From: Candidatus Cloacimonadales bacterium
GTDB lineage: Bacteria; Cloacimonadota; Cloacimonadia; Cloacimonadales; JAFGVF01
Direction: 5' to 3'
Assembly: GCA_963677495.2 (NCBI GenBank)
Contig: CAXXOU010000004.1
Coordinates: 1,441,726-1,505,725 of the forward strand
DNA length: 64,000 nucleotides
Numbering within the stretch: the stretch's first letter is position 1; the number at the start of each line of letters is the position of its first letter. Positions 1-10,356 of this stretch are shown in pieces. The notes beneath the pieces were generated by a model. It had not been told where the DNA came from, searched no databases, and was given only the letters and a program-made list of their open reading frames with translations. The position numbers and the translations under genes were made by a program.

Positions 1-953
1 GAGTTTGTACTTGGGTTTGTAAAAGCACAGATAGAACGTCCATGTTTCAGGATACCAGCCATAAACCAGATAGCTTCATCAGAAAGATCAGCATATCCAC
101 CTTTGTTCCAGAATATATTCTTACCATCTTTCTTAAGCATCATATGGAAATGCATTCCGTTTCCTGCTTCATTATAGATAGGCTTAGGCATGAATGTAGC
201 TGTTGCACCATATTCTAATGCAACACGTCTGATAAGGTCTTTGATGACTTTTGTATCATCACAGATTTTTGGGAAAGGTAAAAGCTCTGTTTCAATCTCT
301 TGTTGTGAGCCAAGACCAACTTCATGATGATGATAACGGATAGCAATACCCATATCTTCGCAATAATTAACAACTTCCTCTCTTAAGTCAAAGAAACTAT
401 CAAATGGATCATCCATGTGATAACCTTTCACATCCTGTTGTGAAAGACCTTGTGTATCTTCAATATCCATGCTCATAGCTTTCTTCTCTTCTGATGAAGA
501 GATAGAGAAACCAGCTTGATACTGGTCATTTGTATATTCTACTGAATCAAACAGATGGAACTCAAACTCAGGAGTCCAAAGAGATGTATCAGCGATACCT
601 GTAGATAAAAGATAATCATGAGCTCTTTTAGCTACACTGCGTGGGTCTTTCTTAACACCAATGCGTGTATCTGCATCACAAATAGAACAGATAAGTCTAA
701 GAGTTGGGTTATCTCTAAGTGGGTCAAGATGAGCTGAAGTGATATCCGGCATAAGAACCATATCTCCAGCTTCTACTGATTTCATTCCCGGTATACTTGA
801 TCCGTCAAAAGGTACACCATACTTTAAAACATTCTCCAAGCGTCTAGCCGGGAAAGTGATATGATACCAAGAACCTTCCAGACCTACGTACTTAAGGTCT
901 ATTGTCTTAAGGGAACCGTTCTCAATCATCTCTTTAATTTGATCTAAGGTCAT
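1..953 (-). CDS. glnA: Type I glutamine synthetase, partial (runs off the window start)
   Basis: Not in ORF track. Minus-strand translation from CAT at 951-953 gives MTLDQIKEMIENG...FDGSSIPG...PEFEFHLF...HHHEVG...TFMPKP...GNGMHFH, typical GS motifs; GGAGG RBS upstream. Confidence 0.93.
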   Translation of the reverse strand, partial: MTLDQIKEMIENGSLKTIDLKYVGLEGSWYHITFPARRLENVLKYGVPFDGSSIPGMKSVEAGDMVLMPDITSAHLDPLRDNPTLRLICSICDADTRIGVKKDPRSVAKRAHDYLLSTGIADTSLWTPEFEFHLFDSVEYTNDQYQAGFSISSSEEKKAMSMDIEDTQGLSQQDVKGYHMDDPFDSFFDLREEVVNYCEDMGIAIRYHHHEVGLGSQQEIETELLPFPKICDDTKVIKDLIRRVALEYGATATFMPKPIYNEAGNGMHFHMMLKKDGKNIFWNKGGYADLSDEAIWFMAGILKHGRSICAFTNPSTN

Positions 954-977
954 AATTCCTCCCTAAATATATTTTAT

Positions 978-1631
978 TTATAATCCTAACAATATCTGCA
1001 TCAATCCCATAATCGCGTTATAAACGAACATTACCGGTGGTAACACAATGTAACTAAATATTGAAAAATTGAATATACGGGATGCTATAATCAAGCCAAT
1101 AAAGATTATCATCCCCTTTTTTTCCTGCATAGTATATTTAACATAAGCTTCATCTGACAGAAACATTCCCACTACCTTTGAACCATCTAATGGAGGAAAA
1201 GGTATAAGATTAAAGAATGCCAAAAACAGATTAATAAGAATCAAGTTCTGCCAGAATTTTACTGCAGCCTGTGAGCCTATTAAACCAAACTTAATCAAAA
1301 GTGCAAAAACAAAAGCCATTATAAACGATATTGTTATGTTACAAACTGGTCCGGCTAAAGCTGTAAGTCCCATATCTCGTTTATATGATTTGAAATTGTA
1401 TGGGTTAACCGGTACAGGTTTAGCATAACCAAAAGCCATACCGGAAAAGGCATACATCAACAATGGTAGTATAATTGTTCCGAAAGTATCAATATGCTTT
1501 AATGGATTTAAACTCAATCTTCCCTGTCTCTGTGCTGTGTCATCACCTAAGAGATGAGCCACAAAACCGTGACTTATCTCATGTAAAATAATTGAGTATA
1601 TGATAACAGCTACAAGCAGTATATTACTCAT
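978..1631 (-). CDS. Site-2 protease family (M50) membrane metallopeptidase
   Basis: HEISH zinc motif, NLIPFPPLDG motif, hydrophobic segments. Confidence 0.9.
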   Translation of the reverse strand: MSNILLVAVIIYSIILHEISHGFVAHLLGDDTAQRQGRLSLNPLKHIDTFGTIILPLLMYAFSGMAFGYAKPVPVNPYNFKSYKRDMGLTALAGPVCNITISFIMAFVFALLIKFGLIGSQAAVKFWQNLILINLFLAFFNLIPFPPLDGSKVVGMFLSDEAYVKYTMQEKKGMIIFIGLIIASRIFNFSIFSYIVLPPVMFVYNAIMGLMQILLGL

Positions 1632-1633
1632 TC

Positions 1634-2836
1634 TTATCCTTTAATTAGTTTTGCAAAACGGCGTTTGCCAACTTTAAGAACCATTTCACCGTCCAATTTA
1701 ACTACCTCATCCTTTGAAGTAATCTTATTACCATCTATAGATACAGCTCCTTGCTTAAGCATTCTACGAGCCTCTCCACCGGATGCACAAAGTTTTGTAT
1801 CTGTTAATAAGGCTAAAATACTCATCTCATCTTCTTCAAAAGTGAATTCAGGCATATCAGTTGGGATTTTGCCCTGACTGAATACTGCATTAAACTCAGC
1901 TTCAGCTTGTTTGGCTACTTCTTCCCCATGGTACATTTTAACAATTTCGCGTGCAAGACGCTGCTTGATGAACTTGGGATTTGAACCTGATTTAAGCTCA
2001 GTTTCAATCTCCTTAATCTCATCAACGCTAAGCAGTGTTGCATAATTGAAGTAATTTACAATCATGTTATCCGGAATAGACATTGTCTTTCCATATTTAT
2101 CCTTCGGTGTGTCAAAAACTGCGATATAGTTGTTTAGAGATTTACTCATCTTATTCACACCATCAGTACCCATTAAGATTGGAGAAAGAACAGCTACCTG
2201 TTCCTCCATACCGAAGTACTTCTGCATATCACGGCCTGTAAGAATATTGAACTTTTGTTCAGTTGCTCCAAGCTCTACATCTGCTTCAATTGCTACTGAG
2301 TCGTAACCCTGAAGTACTGGATACATAATTTCATGCATTCCGAGTGGAGTACCGGTTTCATATCTTTTTCTGAAAGTGTCATGAGCCAGGAATTGAGCTA
2401 AAGTGAATTTACCAAGCATCTTCAAAACCTCTGCCATTCCCATTTCACCAAACCATTCACTCTGCCATCTTACTTCTGTTTTTTCAGGATCTAAAACTGT
2501 ATATAGCTGTTCCATATATTTTGCAGCATTTGCTTTCACTTGCTCTGCAGTAAGTGGAGGACGTGACTCATCTTTTCCGGTTGGATCACCAATTTGGGCA
2601 GTGAAATCACCAATAATGATTACACCCACGTGTCCTAAATCTTGGAACTCTCGCATCTTTCTGATTGGTACAAGGTGACCAATATGAACATCTGAGCCTG
2701 TAGGGTCAATACCATACTTAATTCTTAATGGTTTATTTTCTTTAGCTGATTTCTCTAACTTCTTAATAAGTTCCGCTTTAGGAACTATCTCTTCAACACC
2801 TTTCATTATAATCTGCATCTCTTTATCAAATGCCAT
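1634..2836 (-). CDS. tyrS: Tyrosine--tRNA ligase
   Basis: HIGH motif, KMSKS, C-terminal S4 domain ending VGKRRF. Confidence 0.97.
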   Translation of the reverse strand: MAFDKEMQIIMKGVEEIVPKAELIKKLEKSAKENKPLRIKYGIDPTGSDVHIGHLVPIRKMREFQDLGHVGVIIIGDFTAQIGDPTGKDESRPPLTAEQVKANAAKYMEQLYTVLDPEKTEVRWQSEWFGEMGMAEVLKMLGKFTLAQFLAHDTFRKRYETGTPLGMHEIMYPVLQGYDSVAIEADVELGATEQKFNILTGRDMQKYFGMEEQVAVLSPILMGTDGVNKMSKSLNNYIAVFDTPKDKYGKTMSIPDNMIVNYFNYATLLSVDEIKEIETELKSGSNPKFIKQRLAREIVKMYHGEEVAKQAEAEFNAVFSQGKIPTDMPEFTFEEDEMSILALLTDTKLCASGGEARRMLKQGAVSIDGNKITSKDEVVKLDGEMVLKVGKRRFAKLIKG

Positions 2837-2943
2837 TTTAAACCTTCTCTTATATATTTTCTCTAGCTTGTCACAAAAATCTACTAAATTCTAATTTGTC
2901 AAATAGTTTGCAGAGATAATGAATTTGGATTATTTTGGACAAT

Positions 2944-2972
2944 AAAAAAAAGGGGCTTTTGCCCCTTAAAAA
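2944..2972 (-). terminator. Intrinsic terminator of the lipoprotein gene
   Basis: AAGGGGC-TTTT-GCCCCTT hairpin next to an A-run (U-run on minus strand). Confidence 0.7.
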
Positions 2973-2990
2973 ACAATAATACGTAATATA

Positions 2991-3302
2991 CTAATCTATA
3001 TAGTCAATTGCAATTCCTGACATCTTATATCTGTATGATTTTCCGAAAAAACCTGGTTTCTCATAAGAATCAATAACAATGTTTACTACATCGTCTGCTT
3101 CTGGATACTCTTTTTTTGCTTCCTTAAGTAACAATGTATAACCGGATTTATCAACCTTTTTCTTTGTTTCTACTCGTCCTAGAATCTTATACTTGCTTCC
3201 ATCAGCAGGAAATTGAGTAGAAGCAGTTAACGGTCTATATGTAGAGCACCCTACAATTAGCAAAACAACAACTGAGATTAACATTAACATACCTTTTTTC
3301 AT
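2991..3302 (-). CDS. Small lipoprotein, hypothetical
   Basis: Likely start MKKGML (GGAGG upstream); signal peptide with lipobox IVGC. Confidence 0.75.
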   Translation of the reverse strand: MKKGMLMLISVVVLLIVGCSTYRPLTASTQFPADGSKYKILGRVETKKKVDKSGYTLLLKEAKKEYPEADDVVNIVIDSYEKPGFFGKSYRYKMSGIAIDYID

Positions 3303-3453
3303 ACATACCTCCATATATTAGATGAGTTATTTTGCTGTTAGCTAATTAACAAGTCAACATTTATCTCTACATTTTACATTTTACAAAATTCTTGACTAAA
3401 AAGCAATCAATCAAAATGTTGGGCAAATAGTTAGAAACTTAAGGAGTATATTA

Positions 3454-3633
3454 ATGGCTAAGAACCACCGTGGTAAATTATTAAGAACTACAGTTCAGGG
3501 CTCAGGAAGAGGCAAATGCCCATCTTGTGGAAGAACTGGAATCAAACTTCTTCATGAAGTTAAAGCAGGCGAAAAAACTGTAATGGTTTGCAAAAACTGT
3601 CGTAACATTGATGGAGCTAAATTAGCTGAGTAA
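3454..3633 (+). CDS. 59-aa basic zinc-ribbon protein (below the ORF-track cutoff)
   Basis: AAGGAG RBS; MAKNHRGKLLRTTVQGSGRGKCPSCGRTGIKLLHEVKAGEKTVMVCKNCRNIDGAKLAE with CxxC...CxxC; own terminator. Confidence 0.8.
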   Translation: MAKNHRGKLLRTTVQGSGRGKCPSCGRTGIKLLHEVKAGEKTVMVCKNCRNIDGAKLAE

Positions 3634-3659
3634 GCTGATTCCATAATATAGTTTTTTTG

Positions 3660-3686
3660 AACCGTTCAGCTGAACGGTTTTTTTTA
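3660..3686 (+). terminator. Intrinsic terminator
   Basis: AACCGTTCA-GC-TGAACGGTT followed by a T-run. Confidence 0.75.
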
Positions 3687-3869
3687 TTCCCCTAACTCCT
3701 CTTTTTCAATTCCTATTTAATCAAATCTAATTTTTACTATCATAAGCTATTGAACATCAACTTATTTTGCTCAGTACAATCACATTTTTAGATTCAAAAC
3801 ATCATTATTGTTTGACAATTAAATACAGATTAGCAGATTTAGCGAAACTGTTTATAATGAGGGGAAATC

Positions 3870-4217
3870 ATGAACCGTAAACTTGCATACTGTGGATTAG
3901 ATTGTCATGAATGTGACGCATATAAAGCAACTATGAATAATGATGATGAGCTGAGAGAAAAGCTTGCAGAGATTTGGTCTAAAAACAGTGGTATGGAAAT
4001 CGATCCTGCCGACATAAGCTGTTCCGGTTGCAAAAGTAACGGAGTTCAAATAGGCTTTTGTGGAGAATGCACTATTAGGCATTGTGCAATAAAAAAGGGA
4101 TTAGATAACTGCGCTTTCTGTGAGTCATTTAAGTGTGAAGAGTTGGAACAATTTCATCAAAATCTTCCTGCAAAAGCACGCGAGAATCTTGAGCTTTTAA
4201 TAACAGAACTTAAGTAA
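3870..4217 (+). CDS. Cys-rich DUF3795-like protein
   Basis: AYCGLDCHEC...CSGC...CGECTIRHCA...NCAFCESFKC pattern. Confidence 0.8.
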   Translation: MNRKLAYCGLDCHECDAYKATMNNDDELREKLAEIWSKNSGMEIDPADISCSGCKSNGVQIGFCGECTIRHCAIKKGLDNCAFCESFKCEELEQFHQNLPAKARENLELLITELK

Positions 4218-4472
4218 TTTTCTTTTAATTAGTTAGCAAACTAACGCAATCCCAAAAAAATAAATCATATATTTATGATAATCATGTTGACAAAAGATAC
4301 TCACTCAAAACAATGCGTTCAAATCGTTTTTTCGATTTTATATAGTAGTGCCTCATCTTTGATTCTTCATTGCTGAGTGGGAGCCTTCACCATTAACTGA
4401 TGGCATCATATGCAACTTTCTCCCGGGACTTGCGTTTGATTATAATTACCGGGATGATTCAAGGATTTCCAG

Positions 4473-4760
4473 ATGAATATTTATGTAGGAAATATTTCTT
4501 ACAGACTTTCAGAAGCTGACTTACAAGAAGCTTTTGAAGCGTATGGTGCAGTAGACTCAGCTCGCATCATTACTGACCACGACGGCAGATCAAAAGGTTT
4601 CGGCTTTATTGAAATGGCTGACGACGATGCTGCTAAAAAAGCAATTGAAGAAATGAATGGTAAAGAACTTAGTGGCCGCAGACTTACTGTTAATGAAGCT
4701 AGACCTCGTCCAGAGCGTAATAGCTACAGAGGCGGTAACGGTGGCGGTAGAAGATATTAG
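4473..4760 (+). CDS. RRM RNA-binding protein
   Basis: RNP2 IYVGNI, RNP1 KGFGFIEM, Gly/Arg-rich tail. Confidence 0.95.
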   Translation: MNIYVGNISYRLSEADLQEAFEAYGAVDSARIITDHDGRSKGFGFIEMADDDAAKKAIEEMNGKELSGRRLTVNEARPRPERNSYRGGNGGGRRY

Positions 4761-4783
4761 ATTCTTTTAGAGCTATCACAATA

Positions 4784-4813
4784 TACCCAATCACTCGATT
4801 GGGTATTTTTTTT
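4784..4813 (+). terminator. Intrinsic terminator
   Basis: TACCCAATC-ACTC-GATTGGGTA plus T-run. Confidence 0.8.
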
Positions 4814-5094
4814 GCTCGAAAACACTTCCGATAATCAGCTAACATCAAATTTAATCCAATTATAATGTTTTCTTACTATCAAAATTATTATCGCTTATGT
4901 GATATACGATTCTAGGATATTACCCAGTATGTTTTACTACAAATTACGCTCATTTCCGGTCACCTGTGCAAGTTAAAGAACATGGGGATTTGGAACAATA
5001 ATTCGAGCTTCACACTTCACCGAGCTTCTTTTCGTCGTAATAGTGACTGTGAATATTCACTTACTCAGCGCCTTTTTCAATAACTTAGCTATAT

Positions 5095-5260
5095 TTACTG
5101 CCCTTTTTACTCTCTTTTACTGCACTTTTCACCAACGCACTGTGTCTGCACTGTGCACGCACTGTGAAGGCACTGCCAACCCACTGTTTCACCGGGTGCA
5201 CAGTGCGTGCACAGTGGGAAAACAGTGGGATGATTGCGTATTTATGGATAGTTTAGTAAT
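5095..5260. repeat. Phased (~11-bp period) CACTG/CAGTG palindromic element, copy 1
   Basis: GCACTGTG..GCACTGTG..GCACTGTG..CCACTGTTT / CACAGTG..CACAGTGG..AACAGTGG; near-identical copy at ~40062-40225. Confidence 0.8.
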
Positions 5261-6029
5261 AGCGAGAAGCAATACTACCTTGAAAATGGTCCTAAGACCT
5301 TTTCAATGGTGCTCTGTATTGTAAATCAATTCACCCTTGGTCGATTTCCCTGTACCGAGAATCTACGACCCCATTAGGGTCGGCATTTTGTTGTATATCT
5401 AACCATAGGTTTGCACCTATGGCTAATTGAACTTATACCTCTTCGAGGTAGGCATTATCCCAGCGATGCAAGTCCGAGTTTATGTGACCAGACAAACCGA
5501 CACAGTCGGTTAAATCCATATATGGACTGCATCAACTGAGTAGATGCAACTGCAAGATGACTTAGGAAGAAGTGATTCGCAACGAAGTACGAATCGCTAA
5601 TTCCGGAACTCGAAGCAAGATTCGTTCTCGCGTCACACTATCGTTGCGACGCAAGTCCGAGGTTACAGGATCTGACTTGCTAATTCCTAAAAATACCCCA
5701 AAAGCTCTCATTTATTAACCAAAATCCAAAAACCGTAAGCTACGTATAGTAGAGGGGTCTCAATATGTACCTCTTTATGAATGTAGATATCGCCCATAGA
5801 AACTCTCTTCTAATCTGACACTTTACTCATTGAAACTTGGTAAATACTCAAAGAAATGCAAGAGCAAAACTGAAATGCCTTATTCGTAAGGAATAGTAAA
5901 TGAGGGGTTAAGACAGAAAAAGATAAAAAAAAGGGAAAAAGATGCGATTTGCGAGAGTAAAAAACGGCTTTGCGAGAGGTATATATAGTAGAGGGATAAA
6001 ATTTTCACTAAAAGAAAAGGAGAAGAACC

Positions 6030-6482
6030 ATGAAAGCAAAAATGTATAAGTGGCTTAGGAATCTGGTTGGTAAATTAGACGGACTTGTTTATTACAACGA
6101 CCAGGTTATGGGTGAAGTTTTGGTTCGAGATTATGTAGAACCAACAAGAAGTGCAAGTAACGATAGACTTGGAAGAAACTCACTAAATATCAAACAATTC
6201 TACAGTAGTTGTAGCGAAGCATATCTGCGAGATCTTGGGATCTATGCCGTGATGATGAATCTTAGTCATATCCAAACAGGACATAAGCTGAATCGCTATA
6301 CCATGCTTACCAAGCTTCTGTATAAGCTCAAGAAGCTATATCCTGAAATTGATTTGGGTACGCTGACTCCTGAAGATGTTGTGAATCAAAGCTATCCCAT
6401 CGATTCTGTCCTGCATGCCATTATGAGTGGTATACTTGAACCTGTTACCGGTTTCCAGAATCTGGATAATGAGATTTTGTAG
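6030..6482 (+). CDS. Uncharacterised ~150-aa multicopy family, paralog A
   Basis: AAGGAGA RBS; shares GKxxxLVY, RxYVxP, YxxDLxxY, IDLxTxT and AIxxxxL motifs with four other ORFs in the window. Confidence 0.85.
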   Translation: MKAKMYKWLRNLVGKLDGLVYYNDQVMGEVLVRDYVEPTRSASNDRLGRNSLNIKQFYSSCSEAYLRDLGIYAVMMNLSHIQTGHKLNRYTMLTKLLYKLKKLYPEIDLGTLTPEDVVNQSYPIDSVLHAIMSGILEPVTGFQNLDNEIL

Positions 6483-7338
6483 TGCAACCGTAGTGCGAGT
6501 GTATCCGCTTACACAATGGTTTTCGTAGTGCAAGTGTCCTCACTTGCTCATAGCTCAATAGAGCTATAACCGGGAAGCTTATCGTGCTCAGTAACTAGTA
6601 TGACTTGTTTATTCATAAACTAATCACTACGTTTGAACGGATGATTTCTAAATCTGGGTCAGTGGAAGATGCCAACGATGTTGGCACAGCAACTCAGGAG
6701 AGTCGCAGTACAATCGTAGTGCGAGTGTCCCCACTTGCACATAGCTCGATAGAGCTATAACCGGGAAGCTGATCGTGTTCAGTAACTAGTATTGACTTGT
6801 ATATTCATAAACTTATCTCTACGTTTGAACTTACGTTTTTCAAGTTCCGGTCAGTGGAAATTGCCGACTGTGTCGGCACAGCAACTCAGGAGAGTCGCAG
6901 TACAATCGTTTTGGTCAGTGGAAGATGCCAACGATGTTGGCACAGCAACTCGGGAGAGTTGCAGTACAATTGTAGTGCAAGTGTCCTCACTTGCTCATAG
7001 CTCGATTGAGCTATAACCGGGAAGCTTATCGTGTTCAGTAACTAGTATGACTTGTATATTCATAAACTAATCTCTACGTTTGAACGGATGATTTCTAAAT
7101 CTGGGTCAGTGGAAGATGCCGACTGTGTCGGCACAGCAACTCGGGAGAGTCGCAGTACAATTGTAGTGCGAGTGTCCCCACTTGCACATAGCTCGATAGA
7201 GCTATAACCGGGAAGCTGATCGTGTTCAGTAACTAGTATGACTTGTATACTTAACTCTACGTTAGAATTTATTGTTTTTAAGTTTTGTCAATGGCATTTT
7301 AAATTGGTACAGTTTGGCATTTAAAAATGGTACAGTCT

Positions 7339-8070
7339 TCATTTTTGAAAATTCCTTAGTCTAAAGCTATCTCCGAGCATTGTAATTGGTTGTGAGTGAT
7401 GGAGTAATCTATCAAGAATAGCAGTTGCTATCACATTGTCGTTAAAAATAGCTCCCCATTCATTAAACAACCTATTCGATGTTATGATTACTGATCTAAA
7501 TTCGTATAAGAGATGGATGAGTCTAAAGAACAGATTAGCTGCCTTTGTCTGGAGAGGAAGATACCCCATCTCATCTATAACTATCAGATCATTCTTGGCT
7601 ATATTGCTTAGATATTTATCTATGTTGTTATCTGCTTCAGCTAGTACAAGTTCTTCGATAAGGTTGTTCAGATTATAAAACACCACCTTATAGCCTGCCT
7701 TTATTGCTTCATAACTGAGTGCTGTTGCAACATGAGTCTTACCTACTCCCGGAGGTCCCATTAAAATTATATTCCTCCTCTGCTCCAGCCAGACAAAGTT
7801 CTTCCACTCCTTTACTTGTCTTTTGGTTATTACTTGTTGATAAGCATAGTCGAACTCATCAAAGGTCTTTATTACCGGGATGTGAGCCTGTTTAAGTCTT
7901 CTGTTGATATTGGTTTGATTCCTTCCTGAGTTCTCTTTTTCAAATAGATAATGTACGAACTCCAGATAAGTCATATTCTGTTTCTCTGCTTCTAAAACTG
8001 CACTTTCAAGAGTATTCAAAATATGAGTACAACGAGCCCTTTTGATGTATGTTTTAGTTATCTCTATCAT
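7339..8070 (-). CDS. istB: IS21 helper AAA+ ATPase
   Basis: Walker A GPPGVGKT, LIVIDEMGY, AILDRLLHH, GDSFR. Confidence 0.96.
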   Translation of the reverse strand: MIEITKTYIKRARCTHILNTLESAVLEAEKQNMTYLEFVHYLFEKENSGRNQTNINRRLKQAHIPVIKTFDEFDYAYQQVITKRQVKEWKNFVWLEQRRNIILMGPPGVGKTHVATALSYEAIKAGYKVVFYNLNNLIEELVLAEADNNIDKYLSNIAKNDLIVIDEMGYLPLQTKAANLFFRLIHLLYEFRSVIITSNRLFNEWGAIFNDNVIATAILDRLLHHSQPITMLGDSFRLRNFQK

Positions 8071-8071
8071 C

Positions 8072-9547
8072 TTATAACACCTTCATGTAGTCATCTAATG
8101 AGCGCTCTATTAATGAACTCTCTGAGTCTTGTTGTGGTTCTGATTCTGATAATTCATTTAGCTTCATTTGTCTTACTTTTGCATTCAGAAGCTTCTCTAT
8201 GGCTGTTGCCTTTACATGCGAAAGAGTCATTACCTCAGGAAGCACTGACTCCCATACATCTGTTTCATAGTTACGCTTAAACTTGCTTAAGGCTCTCAAC
8301 TGATCCCTTGCTATTTTAGGGTTATCATTAACAAGCCTCTGGATTAGTTCTTCTCCTTGGATATATTCACTCATCTCATCCTTTACTCGCTCAATAAGCT
8401 CTTGTAGCACTACCGTAAAATCCCGATAATGATTAGTGTTTTTGATGATTTTGCCTTTTTCTGTGCATAGCTCATGTTGGCAGATTTCCTTTCTTGTATA
8501 AATATCCATCACCACTAAAGTGCTCTTTTCTTTTTGCACATATACCTGTTTTCGCTGATACTCTAATGGAACAGAGTACTTATTACCCTCATACGAGATT
8601 AAGCCTGTTTTATCTGCATTACGAACTTCTAAAGTGAAGATAAACTCTGGAATATCTTTTAGCTTTAACCTCTCTTCTTGCCATACTTCTGATGGTACTT
8701 TACGGGTTGTGCCATGGGTTCTGCCGTTAAAGTGTAAAAGCCACTCAAGTCCGCGTGAACGCAGGTCTGCCAGGTCTTTGAACTCTTTGCCATACATAAA
8801 GCCATGCTTTACTTCTGAGACATTACGCTCTACTTTACCCTTGCTTTGTGGATCATAGCCTTCGCATACATGAGGATGAAAGCCCGTTTTTGCTGCAAAC
8901 TGATGGAACTGATTATTTAAGATTACTTCCCGATAGCGTTCCTGTATTACTACAAGCTTTGTCTGGTCGTAAACACACTCTGAAGGGATACCTTCAAAAT
9001 AGATAAAAGCTTCACGATGAGCTTCAATAAACCTTGATGTGTTATATGGTGTTGTGCTCCAATGGACATAGCTTTGACGCGAGTGGGAAAGCACAAAAAC
9101 TATAAAATAAACTCTTTGACGTTTATTACCCAAAACTACTTTCATCTCACCTGGATCAACTTGAACCTGAACACCGGGAGCCGTCTCGATAACTGCATAA
9201 TTACGGTATTTATCGACAGGATAAGTCTGCTTTAGCTTACGAACAAAATCTCGGAAAGCTCTGTCTTTTGCTTTTATCTCAGGGAACTTTTTCTTAACTT
9301 CTAAATATAGTACACTAGCTCTTAATCGTGGATATTTGCTAAGCCTTTCGCGGACATATTGCTCACATATGGCAAAACTGCTTTCACGAATGCTATTGTT
9401 TATTAGTTCCATGAACTCATCAAGTGTCATATTTATGTATTTACCTACTGTTGTCTTTGATAGAGACAACTCCTCTGCGATCTTACGCTGACTATGCCCT
9501 TGCTTATGCATAGTTTTTATTGAATGATACACTTCTACTCCAATCAT
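8072..9547 (-). CDS. istA: IS21 DDE transposase
   Basis: N-terminal HTH (SQRKIAEELSLSKTTV), ETAPGVQVQVD, YDQTK, PQSKGKVER; start refined to MIGVEV after a GGAG RBS. Confidence 0.95.
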   Translation of the reverse strand: MIGVEVYHSIKTMHKQGHSQRKIAEELSLSKTTVGKYINMTLDEFMELINNSIRESSFAICEQYVRERLSKYPRLRASVLYLEVKKKFPEIKAKDRAFRDFVRKLKQTYPVDKYRNYAVIETAPGVQVQVDPGEMKVVLGNKRQRVYFIVFVLSHSRQSYVHWSTTPYNTSRFIEAHREAFIYFEGIPSECVYDQTKLVVIQERYREVILNNQFHQFAAKTGFHPHVCEGYDPQSKGKVERNVSEVKHGFMYGKEFKDLADLRSRGLEWLLHFNGRTHGTTRKVPSEVWQEERLKLKDIPEFIFTLEVRNADKTGLISYEGNKYSVPLEYQRKQVYVQKEKSTLVVMDIYTRKEICQHELCTEKGKIIKNTNHYRDFTVVLQELIERVKDEMSEYIQGEELIQRLVNDNPKIARDQLRALSKFKRNYETDVWESVLPEVMTLSHVKATAIEKLLNAKVRQMKLNELSESEPQQDSESSLIERSLDDYMKVL

Positions 9548-10320
9548 ACCTACTCCAAACTGTCTTGAAGTAGTCATTTTTAAAGGTTGGCAGTTTTGTA
9601 CCACTTTTCACTGCCATCGTGTACCATTTCTCACTGCCATTGACAAAGTTTTGGTCAGTGGAAGATGCCAACGATGTTGGCACAGCAACTCAGGAGAGTC
9701 GCAGTACAATCGTTTTGGTCAGTGGAAATTGCCGACGATGTTGGCACAGCAACTCAGGAGAGTCGCAGTACATCGTAGTGCGAGTGTGTCCCCACTTGCA
9801 CATAGCTCGATTGAGCTATAACCGGGAAGCTTATCGTGTTCAGTAACTAGTATGACTTGTATATTCATAAACTAATCACTACGTTTGAACGGATGATTTC
9901 TAAATCTGGGTCAGTGGAAGATGCCGACTGTGTCGGCACAGCAACTCGGGAGAGTCGCAGTACAATTGTAGTGCGAGTGTCCCCACTTGCACATAGCTCG
10001 ATAGAGCTATAACCGGGAAGCTTATCGTGTTCAGTAACTAGTATGACTTGTATACTTAACTCTACGTTAGAATTTATTGTTTTTAAGTTTTGGTCAGTGG
10101 AAGATGCCAACGATGTTGGCACAGCAACTCAGGAGAGTCGCAGTACAATCGTTTTGGTCAGTGGAAATTGCCGACTGTGTCGGCACAGCAACTCAGGAGA
10201 GTCGCAGTACAGTACAATCGTAGTGCGAGTGTCCCCACTTGCACATAGCTCGATAGAGCTATAACCGGGAAGCTGGTCGTGCTATGGAATTAGTATGGAC
10301 ATGAAAAAACCACAAATACA

Positions 10321-10356
10321 TTGACTTATATCATTATAAATTGGTATTTTAAAATC
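10321..10356 (+). promoter_or_regulatory. Putative sigma70 promoter giving a leaderless RAYT mRNA
   Basis: TTGACT-18 nt-TATTTT-AAAATC-ATG, with no RBS. Confidence 0.5.

Larger units (their letters stand above)
7286..9645 (-). mobile_element. IS21-family element, copy 1 (2360 bp)
   Basis: Terminal IRs TGTCAATGGCA...TGCCATTGACA; internal end repeats; 6-bp TSD AAGTTT at 7280-7285 and 9646-9651; istA and istB. Confidence 0.95.

Noticed and set aside
2836..2940. T-box leaders for tyrS or ileS
   Set aside because: No T-box consensus seen and the leaders are short
5043..5324. 93-aa Cys/His-rich ORF
   Set aside because: Translation of the phased CACTG repeat, which recurs at ~40.1 kb without a matching ORF in the track
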